64,000 nucleotides of DNA from Phycisphaerales bacterium (GTDB taxonomy: Bacteria > Planctomycetota > Phycisphaerae > UBA1845): positions 4,993,559-5,057,558 of the forward strand of contig CP070744.1 in assembly GCA_020348265.1 (NCBI GenBank). Reading direction: 5' to 3'. The translations under genes were made by a program, and so were the position numbers. Below are positions 54,826-62,899 of the stretch, piece by piece. Below the pieces are notes generated by a model. The model made no database searches. It saw nothing but the letters and a program-made list of their open reading frames with translations, and had not been told where the DNA came from. How positions within the stretch are numbered: the first letter of the stretch is position 1; each line of letters starts with the position of its first letter.

Positions 54826-56802
54826 TTGTCACAGAATCTCGTGGAGAAGATCGCTCAGCGGTACGCCGTAGGGCTTGCCGACGGGCAGACCGTGCGTGCA
54901 GGGGACTTTCTGTCCGTAAGGCCCGCACATGTCATGACGCACGATAACACCGCGGCCGTCATACCTAAGTTCGAAAGCATGGGGGCGTCGCGTGTGGCGG
55001 ATTCAAAGCAGCCCGTCTTCACCCTAGACCACGACATACAAAACGAGAGTGAAGGGAATCTGGCCAAGTACGCCAAGATCAAGACGTTTGCTAAGGAGCA
55101 GGGCGTCGCCTTTTTCCCGGCCGGGCGGGGAATCGGGCATCAGGTGATGGTCGAAGAAGGGTTCGTCCTTCCGGGCACGTTCGTGGTCGCCTCCGACTCG
55201 CATTCTAACCTGTATGGCGGGCTCGGTGCGCTGGGAACACCTGTGGTACGAACCGACGCGGCTGCAATCTGGGCGACGGGACGGACGTGGTGGCAGGTTC
55301 CCCCGGTAGTCCGCGTGCAACTCAGTGGCAAACTCGCCCCCGGCGTTACCGGCAAGGACGTTATCATCGCACTCATCGGTGTGTTCAATAAGGACGAGGT
55401 GCTCAACTGCTGCCTGGAGTTCACGGGTGCCGGCGTAGCTAGCCTGCGAATCGACGAGCGTTTGGCAATTGCCAACATGACCACGGAGTGGGGGGCGCTT
55501 GCGGGCGTGTTTCCATGCGATGAGGTAACAAAGGAATTCCTGCTTTTCCGGGCTGAGATAATGCGTAAGCGGGGCGATACTGCGCCGACACTCACTCCCG
55601 AACTCGTCGTGAGAGCGGTCGAGGATTGTCCGGTCGCCGACGCGGATGCCGTTTACGAGAAGGACCTTGAATTGGACTTATCCGCCGTTACGCCCTTTGT
55701 TGCCGGTCCCAACGAGGTAAAGACAATCACCCCCCTTCCCGAAATCGAAGAGAAGCGGGTCAAAATCCACAAGGCCTATCTGCTGAGTTGCGTCAACGGC
55801 AGGTTGGAGGATTTCGCCAGCGCCGCCGAGGTGCTCAAAGACAAGAAGGTCGCAGACGGGGTTACTCTATACGTGGCCGCTGCATCAAGCGAGGTTCAGT
55901 CCGAGGCCGCCCGCCTGGGCTATTGGGACACGCTTTTGCAGGCAGATGCCACTGCTTTGCCTCCGGGTTGCGGCCCGTGTATCGGTCTTGGAGATGGTGT
56001 GCTCAAAGAGAATGAAGTCGGCATCTCCGCGACCAATCGGAACTTCAAGGGGCGTATGGGGGCACCCAGTTCGCAGGTTTATCTGGCCAATCCGGCGGTC
56101 GTTGCTGCTTCGGCTGTTGCGGGTTACATCACCGCTCCGCCTCGCGGCGCGGATTCGCCAAATGCAGGGACGCTTCGGGAAGCTCTGCAGCGCGGCAGCT
56201 CGGTTCGTACTTCAGCACGTCCCGCGGAGGGGGCGAGGGAAGTCAAGCTGGTCGGCGGCTTCCCAGCCACCATCGAGGGCGAGCTGCTCTTTGTCCCCAA
56301 GGACAACATGAACACCGACGGAATCTACGGGAAGGAGTTCACCTATCAGGATGGGCTCGCACCGCAAGAGATGGGCAGCAAGGCCATGCTCAACTACGAT
56401 CCGCAGTTCCAGCGGTTGGCCCGGGATGGTGACATTCTGGCCGGCGGCTACAACTTCGGATCGGGCTCTTCACGAGAACAGGCTGCGACCGCCCTGAAGT
56501 TCCGCGGTCTGCAGATGGTGATCGCCGGTTCCTACTCGCAGACCTACAAGCGGAACGCGTTCAACAATGGGTACGTCGTTATCGAGTGCCCCGAGCTGAT
56601 TGAGGATCTTAAGGCCGCGCACACCGGCGCCGATGCGCTGAGCATCCGTACCGGGACACGCGTGATTGTTGACTTCACGCACGCGCGAATCACGGCCAAC
56701 GGAAAGGACTATGCTTTCGCTCCTCTGGGCGAAGTGGCCCAGGAGCTGATTACCAAGGGTGGGTTTGAGGCACTGATCCGTGAGCAGATTGCACAGTTGT
56801 AG
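54826..56802 (+). CDS. aconitase-family hydro-lyase, fused large (LeuC-like) and small (LeuD-like swivel) domains
   Basis: 658 aa. VVASDSHSNLYGGLGA (Fe-S ligand region). C-terminal GDILAGGYNFGSGSSREQAATALKFRGLQMVIAGSYSQTYKRNAFNNG is LeuD/aconitase swivel-like. Confidence 0.8.
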   Translation: MSQNLVEKIAQRYAVGLADGQTVRAGDFLSVRPAHVMTHDNTAAVIPKFESMGASRVADSKQPVFTLDHDIQNESEGNLAKYAKIKTFAKEQGVAFFPAGRGIGHQVMVEEGFVLPGTFVVASDSHSNLYGGLGALGTPVVRTDAAAIWATGRTWWQVPPVVRVQLSGKLAPGVTGKDVIIALIGVFNKDEVLNCCLEFTGAGVASLRIDERLAIANMTTEWGALAGVFPCDEVTKEFLLFRAEIMRKRGDTAPTLTPELVVRAVEDCPVADADAVYEKDLELDLSAVTPFVAGPNEVKTITPLPEIEEKRVKIHKAYLLSCVNGRLEDFASAAEVLKDKKVADGVTLYVAAASSEVQSEAARLGYWDTLLQADATALPPGCGPCIGLGDGVLKENEVGISATNRNFKGRMGAPSSQVYLANPAVVAASAVAGYITAPPRGADSPNAGTLREALQRGSSVRTSARPAEGAREVKLVGGFPATIEGELLFVPKDNMNTDGIYGKEFTYQDGLAPQEMGSKAMLNYDPQFQRLARDGDILAGGYNFGSGSSREQAATALKFRGLQMVIAGSYSQTYKRNAFNNGYVVIECPELIEDLKAAHTGADALSIRTGTRVIVDFTHARITANGKDYAFAPLGEVAQELITKGGFEALIREQIAQL

Positions 56803-56820
56803 GTAGAAGGAATATCAGGA

Positions 56821-57366
56821 ATGCGTAACGAGATTATCGAATTGTTTCCCGAACTCAAGGAACTCTCCGATGCGGCGCTCCGCGAGAAGGTCATAGACGT
56901 TTGGGAGGACTCTATCAGAACGGGCGGCTGGCAGCCCAAGGAACTACTTGAGATACCGTTTACGCTGCTTGCCGGCGAGATCGAGATGAAGTTCATCGAG
57001 CACGTTCGCTCATGCGCCCGCATGTGCCTTGTTGTTGAGAAGGTGCTGCGCGAAATCTGGGGTAATCGGATGCCCATCCATCACGACCACTTGCTCGCCG
57101 GGGCGTTGCTCGCCGATGTGGGCAAGCCCATCGAGTACGCCAAGCAAGACGGCAAGATCGTAAAGGGGCAGCGGGGTGATCACCTGCGACACCCGTTTAG
57201 TGGAGTAGGAATGTGCTGGAAGCACGGCTTACCCGATGAGGTGATGCATATCGTCGCCACCCACTCGAAGGAGGGGGACCATGTGCAGCGAACTACTGAG
57301 TCAATAATCTTCCACCACGCGGATTTCATCAACTTCGATATCGCGTGTGGACTGGGTAAGAAATAG
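56821..57366 (+). CDS. HD-domain metal-dependent phosphohydrolase
   Basis: HDHLLAGALLADVGK (HD motif); 181 aa. Confidence 0.7.
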   Translation: MRNEIIELFPELKELSDAALREKVIDVWEDSIRTGGWQPKELLEIPFTLLAGEIEMKFIEHVRSCARMCLVVEKVLREIWGNRMPIHHDHLLAGALLADVGKPIEYAKQDGKIVKGQRGDHLRHPFSGVGMCWKHGLPDEVMHIVATHSKEGDHVQRTTESIIFHHADFINFDIACGLGKK

Positions 57367-57375
57367 GGGGACGAC

Positions 57376-58749
57376 ATGGGTACCTTGACCGAACGACTTT
57401 CCCGTTGGGCGTGTGATCTGCAGTACGAAGACCTTAGCGCAGACGCCATCGATGCAGCCAAGCGCTTTCTCTTCGATTCTATCGGATGCGCTCTAGGGGG
57501 CTACCAGACTGAAGACGTGCGGACCTTTCTTGGCTACTACCGAGACCTTGGGCAGCCGGGGGATTGCACGGTCATCGGAGCCGGCGACCAAATGAATGTC
57601 GTTGCAGCTGCAATGCTCAACGCTCTTATGATCCGGGCGATGGATTATAATGACATCTATTGGAAGCAAGATCCAGCCCATCCCAGCGACTTGCTTTCCG
57701 CTCCTTTGGCGCTTGCTCAGCGTGATCACAAGAGTGGTAAAGACCTTATCCTCGCAACGGTCCTGGCCTATGAGGTCGCCATGCGACTTTGCCACATAGC
57801 TGAGCCGGGGATCCGCGAGCGCGGTTGGCATCACGCAACGCTTATGGGTTATGCCTCGCCCATCGTTGCCAGCCGCATCCTGGGGCTTGATTGGCAGCAG
57901 ATGCAGCATGCCATCGGGATCGCCAGCTGTCATTGCTTCACGCTTGGTTGCGCGGTTGCGGGCAAGCTCACCATGATGAAGAACACGGTGAGTCCTATGG
58001 CTACGCGGGACGGTGTCGAAGCTGCCCTGCTCGCTCAGAAGGGTTACACGGGGCCAGAAGGAGTAATCGACGGCAAGGAAGGCATGGAGCACTGCTTGGG
58101 GGATTCCTGGGACTACTCCTGGATCACCGACACGCTGGGCAAGCGCTTCATGATTACGGACTGCGGAATGAAGTCCTTCCCCGTGGAGGCGTTGATGCAT
58201 TCGCCACTCTCCGCCACTCTGCATCTGCTCCACGAGCACAGCCTCAAAGCAGAGGACATCAAGGAGGTTTTGGTCGAGAGCATTGCTCGGGCGGCGGACA
58301 TTCTCAGCGATCCTGCCAAGTATGACCCGCAGAGTAAGGAGTCTGCAGACCACAGCCTGCCCTACAGTATCGCTGCAGCAGTGGCTGAAGGTCGTGTCAC
58401 CCCCCGCGAATTCACCGAGAAGAAACTTTGGGATGAGCGTCTACGTGCACAGATGGCCAAAGTCAAGGTCGTGGCCAATGAGGAGTTTGAGCGAGCTTTT
58501 CCGGTCAAGCAGTGCACACGCGTGACCATCACCACGGTGGATGGACAGAAGTTCTCCCACGCGGTCGACGTGCCCAAGGGCGATCCGCGCGACCCCATGA
58601 CCGAGGTGGAGCTTACTGTCAAGTTCGACTCCCTGGCTGAACCGGTGATGAGTGAATCACGTCGAAAGGACCTCAAAGACACGATTCTCTCCCTGGAGCA
58701 GCTGGACGATGTGGGGAAGTTGATGGCGCATACCATTGCGGACAAGTAA
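57376..58749 (+). CDS. MmgE/PrpD-family protein (2-methylcitrate dehydratase-like)
   Basis: 457 aa, MmgE/PrpD fold signatures (FLFDSIGCALGG, GWHHATLMGYASPIVAS). Confidence 0.85.
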   Translation: MGTLTERLSRWACDLQYEDLSADAIDAAKRFLFDSIGCALGGYQTEDVRTFLGYYRDLGQPGDCTVIGAGDQMNVVAAAMLNALMIRAMDYNDIYWKQDPAHPSDLLSAPLALAQRDHKSGKDLILATVLAYEVAMRLCHIAEPGIRERGWHHATLMGYASPIVASRILGLDWQQMQHAIGIASCHCFTLGCAVAGKLTMMKNTVSPMATRDGVEAALLAQKGYTGPEGVIDGKEGMEHCLGDSWDYSWITDTLGKRFMITDCGMKSFPVEALMHSPLSATLHLLHEHSLKAEDIKEVLVESIARAADILSDPAKYDPQSKESADHSLPYSIAAAVAEGRVTPREFTEKKLWDERLRAQMAKVKVVANEEFERAFPVKQCTRVTITTVDGQKFSHAVDVPKGDPRDPMTEVELTVKFDSLAEPVMSESRRKDLKDTILSLEQLDDVGKLMAHTIADK

Positions 58750-58812
58750 GGCTATCACCCGTAGGGAGAGGTTCTGAGGAGTAAGAACCACAAACCAAGG
58801 TATCCGAAGAAT

Positions 58813-60024
58813 ATGACGACTACAACAACCAGCCAAATCGCCGAAGCAAGTCGGCGCGGTGAGGACGTCCGCTCCGACTGCTGGGTCGAGATTACTCTTG
58901 CCGACTCCGGGGGGATCGACCTTGCGCTTACAACAAAGGTCGAGTCTATGTACGGGGAATCGACCAGGCAGCTCGTCCGCGACGAGCTGGCCGCGCTGGG
59001 TGTAACCCACGCCAGGGTGGAGATCGAGGACGCCGGCGCTTTGCCGTTTGTCATTACCGCCCGGGTCGAGGCAGCTGTACGCCGGCTCGGATTCGACGTT
59101 GGTGATGGATACCTGGTGGAGTGTGGTCCGGGTACGGATTACGCAACGCAGCGGGATCGCTTCCGTCGGTCTCGTTTATACTTGCCGGGCAACGAACCCA
59201 AGTTTGCGATCAACGCGGGAGTTCATCAGCCGGATGGAATCATCCTGGATCTGGAGGATAGCGTAGCTCCGCCCCAGAAGGACGAGGCCAGGCTGATCGT
59301 GCGTAATGCTCTTCGCACCATTGACTTCAAAGGTGCGGAGCGCATGGTGCGGATCAACCAGGGTGATCGAGGCTTGGAGGACTTGGACTTCATCGTGCCA
59401 CACAACGTGCACCTGCTGTTGATCCCCAAAGTGGAAAGCGCGGAGCAGGTCAGGGTGGTCGATGCACGCACGCGGGAGATTCTCCACGAACGCCGGATAA
59501 ACACTCGCGTATACTTAATGCCGATTGTGGAGAGCGCCCTCGGAGCCCTTCGTGCGTTTGAAATTGCATCAGCCACCGACAGAGTAGTAGCGCTTACCAT
59601 CGGTCTGGAAGACTACACAGCCGATATCGGAACGGCACGTACGAAGGAAGCGTGGGAGAGTTTCTGGGCTCGGTCGCAAGTGGTTAACGCCGCCCGCGCC
59701 GCCGGGGTGCAACCGATCGACAGCGTTTTCTCCGACGTTGCAGACACCGAAGGCCTGCGCCGAAATGTCCTGGAATCGAAAAGCCTCGGATTCGACGGCA
59801 TGGGCTGCATCCACCCCAGACAGATCGCCGTCATCCACGAAGCCTTTGCTCCTGCGGATGAGGAACTAGCCAAGGCGAGGCGAATCGTGGAAGCCTTTGA
59901 AGAAGCGCAGCGAAGGGGCTTGGGCGTTGTATCGCTCGGTAGCAAGATGATCGACCCTCCGGTGGTCAAGCGTGCCCAGCGAGTCGTGCGGCTGGCTGAG
60001 GCGATGGGGATGCCGCGGAGCTAG
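58813..60024 (+). CDS. fused citrate-lyase acyl-carrier (CitD-like, N-terminal ~95 aa) and citrate-lyase beta / citryl-CoA-lyase (CitE, HpcH/HpaI aldolase fold)
   Basis: N-terminus ITLADSGGIDLALTTKVESMYGE...ARVEIEDAGALPFVITARVEAAVRR (CitD pattern). Remainder SRLYLPGNEPKFAINAGVHQPDGIILDLEDSVAP (CitE). Confidence 0.8.
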   Translation: MTTTTTSQIAEASRRGEDVRSDCWVEITLADSGGIDLALTTKVESMYGESTRQLVRDELAALGVTHARVEIEDAGALPFVITARVEAAVRRLGFDVGDGYLVECGPGTDYATQRDRFRRSRLYLPGNEPKFAINAGVHQPDGIILDLEDSVAPPQKDEARLIVRNALRTIDFKGAERMVRINQGDRGLEDLDFIVPHNVHLLLIPKVESAEQVRVVDARTREILHERRINTRVYLMPIVESALGALRAFEIASATDRVVALTIGLEDYTADIGTARTKEAWESFWARSQVVNAARAAGVQPIDSVFSDVADTEGLRRNVLESKSLGFDGMGCIHPRQIAVIHEAFAPADEELAKARRIVEAFEEAQRRGLGVVSLGSKMIDPPVVKRAQRVVRLAEAMGMPRS

Positions 60025-60047
60025 AGTTTTTCCAGGATTATCCAGAG

Positions 60048-61628
60048 ATGTCGACGAAAGTACTCGATATGGGAATCGAACTGTTGGAGAACGCGGCCGG
60101 GCGACTCGTACCGGCCGAGGTCAACGGTAAACCCGCAACGCCTTTCCAAGGCGTCAGGAAGTACAAGCCTACCGGCAACAAGACCGCACCGCCGGTGCGC
60201 TCCTGCGCAGACTATCCAGCCGATGGCAATAAGGTCGTTACCGGTTTGAAGACAGCACTTGTTAACGCCGGCCTGCGCGACGGCATGACCATCTCGACGC
60301 ACCACCACTTCCGCAATGGGGACATGGTTGGCAACGCGATCTTCGATGCCGCTGCGGCGATGGGAGTGAAGGACTTGATGTGGTTTCCAAGCGCATCGTT
60401 TCCTTGTAATGCCCCGATTGTGGACCATCTTGACAACGGCGTGGTGCACCACATTGAGGGAAGCATGAATGGGTCGCTGGGCGACTATTGCTCGCGCGGC
60501 AAGATGCGAGGGATGGGCGTGTTGCGTTCGCACGGCGGCCGATGGCAGGCGGTGCAGGACGGAGAAGTGCACATCGACGTCGCAGTGATCGCGGCACCAA
60601 CGGCTGATCCATTTGGGAACGCGAACGGTGTAACCGGTCCGAGCGCCTGCGGGCTGCTGGGCTTCGCCCTGGTAGATTCGATCTATGCCGATCACGTGAT
60701 AGTGGTTACGGACAACCTGGTCGATTTCCCCTGCCTGCCCTGGCAGATTCAGGGCAACAACGTGGATCAGGTTGTGGCGATGGATTCCATCGGTGATCCG
60801 TCGAAGATCGTCTCGGGTACCACGCAGTTGACCAAGAGTCCGGATCGTCTGCTCATTGCGGAGATGGCAGCGAAGTTCGTCCGTGACGCGGGGATCATGC
60901 GTGACGGCTTCTCTTTTCAGGCAGGCGCGGGTGGTACCGCTCTGGGATTTGCCATCTTTCTGCGGGAGATGATGAAGAAAGCCGGGGTCAAGGCCCGGTT
61001 CATTCGCGGGGGCAGCACCAAGTATCTGGTGGAGATGTTGGAGGAAGGCTTGACCGACTACATTCTCGACGGGCAGACATTCGATTTGGACGGCGTCCGC
61101 TCGATGCGCGACAACCCCGGCCATCAGGACACCAGCCCGTTCACCAGCTACAACTTCCACGGCAAAGGGTGTTTTGCATCGATGCTCGACGCTACAGTCC
61201 TGGGCGCAACAGAGGTAGATGTAGATTTCAATGCCAACGTAGTGACACATTCGGACGGGAGACTCCTGCACGGCATCGGCGGGTGGCAGAACTGCCTCGC
61301 GGGCAAGTGCGTCATTCTCCCGATTCCGTCGGTCCGCGACCGCATCCCTGTTATCGTGGATCGCGTGACCACCCTCTGCGGACCGGGTGAACTCGTCGAT
61401 GTAGTCGTGACCGAACGTGGAATCGCCATAAACCCGTGGCGGACGGATCTCCTGGAGGCGGCAAAGGGTTCGGATCTTCCCATCCGTCCTATCCAGGACA
61501 TCAAGGCCGAGGTGGAAGCCCTCTGCGGCGGACCACCCGCGGCGCCGAAGCTGGGTGAGAAGATCGTCGCAGCCGTCAAATGGGTCGACGGCACGGTAAT
61601 CGACTGCGTGCGCCAAACTGGAGGATGA
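60048..61628 (+). CDS. citF: citrate lyase alpha subunit (citrate CoA-transferase, CitF)
   Basis: 526 aa CitF-like (TISTHHHFRNGDMV, GGWQNCLAG). Confidence 0.85.
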   Translation: MSTKVLDMGIELLENAAGRLVPAEVNGKPATPFQGVRKYKPTGNKTAPPVRSCADYPADGNKVVTGLKTALVNAGLRDGMTISTHHHFRNGDMVGNAIFDAAAAMGVKDLMWFPSASFPCNAPIVDHLDNGVVHHIEGSMNGSLGDYCSRGKMRGMGVLRSHGGRWQAVQDGEVHIDVAVIAAPTADPFGNANGVTGPSACGLLGFALVDSIYADHVIVVTDNLVDFPCLPWQIQGNNVDQVVAMDSIGDPSKIVSGTTQLTKSPDRLLIAEMAAKFVRDAGIMRDGFSFQAGAGGTALGFAIFLREMMKKAGVKARFIRGGSTKYLVEMLEEGLTDYILDGQTFDLDGVRSMRDNPGHQDTSPFTSYNFHGKGCFASMLDATVLGATEVDVDFNANVVTHSDGRLLHGIGGWQNCLAGKCVILPIPSVRDRIPVIVDRVTTLCGPGELVDVVVTERGIAINPWRTDLLEAAKGSDLPIRPIQDIKAEVEALCGGPPAAPKLGEKIVAAVKWVDGTVIDCVRQTGG

Positions 61629-61782
61629 CGCCACGGTATTGACAAACAGAGCCTTTGGCACGAGAACTGCTCCCGTTAATGTGCCGTCGGCGATACATCC
61701 GGCGCGAACTGAAGCGGATCCGCCTGCGGGTATTCGAGCCTTTCGGTTGAGAGTACTTGCAGGGCGCAGAGGGAGTGATCGA

Positions 61783-62394
61783 ATGCAAGGGTACCCAAAG
61801 GTTGTGAAACTAAAGGACGGCCGGAACGTCACACTGCGCCTGCTTGCCAACGGAGATTTTGAGAAGCTCTACGCGTTCTTCCAGGATCTAGAGGAGGCGG
61901 ACAGGCTTTTCCTAAGAGACAACGTTGCTGATCCCGCTTTGATTCGAAAGTGGACCGAAAACATCGATTGCGAGCGCGTCGTTCCCATCGTGGCAGAGGA
62001 CGGCGAGACAATCGTGGCAGACGCCACACTGCATAACAGGCCCCATGGCTGGGCGCAGCACGTTGGGCTGATTCGCCTGGTGGTCGCCGGATCGCACCGC
62101 GATGTCGGCCTTGGCACGCTGTTGGCTAGGGAGCTCGTAGGGCTGGCGGAGGAACGTGGACTCGAGAAGCTGCAGGCCAACGTCATCGAAGATGATCAGG
62201 CCATGCTGAAGACGTTCGAAGCCATGGGCTTTGGAAAGGAGGCGGTTGTGCGCGAGGCGGTCAAGGACCAGCACGGCAACAAGCACAACCTTGCCATTTT
62301 GATTAACGACGTCGCCGATCTGGGTCGATCACTGGAGGACTGGATCTCCGATACGATGATTCCGTCCTTTCGAGTTCCCGGAGCAGGGGCATAG
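61783..62394 (+). CDS. GNAT-family N-acetyltransferase
   Basis: LVVAGSHRDVGLGTLLARELVGLAEERGLEKLQANV (acetyl-CoA-binding motif A-like). The track ORF start at 61639 is over-extended. Confidence 0.6.
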   Translation: MQGYPKVVKLKDGRNVTLRLLANGDFEKLYAFFQDLEEADRLFLRDNVADPALIRKWTENIDCERVVPIVAEDGETIVADATLHNRPHGWAQHVGLIRLVVAGSHRDVGLGTLLARELVGLAEERGLEKLQANVIEDDQAMLKTFEAMGFGKEAVVREAVKDQHGNKHNLAILINDVADLGRSLEDWISDTMIPSFRVPGAGA

Positions 62395-62596
62395 TGTAAC
62401 CGATTGGGAGGATTCAGCGACCCTGTGCTGCTAATCCGAGATGTGCTCATTCGCGTGCTGTTAGGATCGAAGGACCTGTGGAGTTACGCCCCGCCATCTG
62501 TAGATACGAAAGGCTCCGCCAAAGACGCAAGTGACAGATAGTGCCGTCAACCGGTTACAGATTCGGATAAGTTTGCCAGAATTGAGAGTTCCAGCC

Positions 62597-62893
62597 ATGA
62601 ACGAAGGCTCCGAAGAGTCCACCGACCCTGGTGAACAGGCGGCCAAACCTCGAAAGAGAACCCAAGGCGTTGTGTCCATTGACACGGAGCGCTGTAAGGG
62701 CTGCTGCTACTGTGTCGAGTTCTGCCCGATGCACGTGTTGATCATGTCCTCCAAGTTCAACGCCAAGGGCCACCATTACCCTGAAGTCGATCCGGACGGG
62801 AAGTGCACGGCTTGTGACCTCTGTGGAATGTTCTGCCCGGATTTTGCGATTCACGCACAGCGCGTTTCCAAGCCGGATTCGACGAAGGAGTGA
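62597..62893 (+). CDS. 2x[4Fe-4S] ferredoxin, delta subunit of a 2-oxoacid:ferredoxin oxidoreductase (KorD/PorD-like)
   Basis: CKGCCYCVEFCP and CTACDLCGMFCP; ~98 aa, directly upstream of korA. Confidence 0.75.
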   Translation: MNEGSEESTDPGEQAAKPRKRTQGVVSIDTERCKGCCYCVEFCPMHVLIMSSKFNAKGHHYPEVDPDGKCTACDLCGMFCPDFAIHAQRVSKPDSTKE

Positions 62894-62899
62894 AGTCGA

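Noticed and set aside
60021-61850. 609-aa minus-strand ORF covering the citF locus
   Set aside because: The plus strand encodes a protein with clear citrate-lyase alpha-subunit homology; the minus ORF is a GC-frame artefact.
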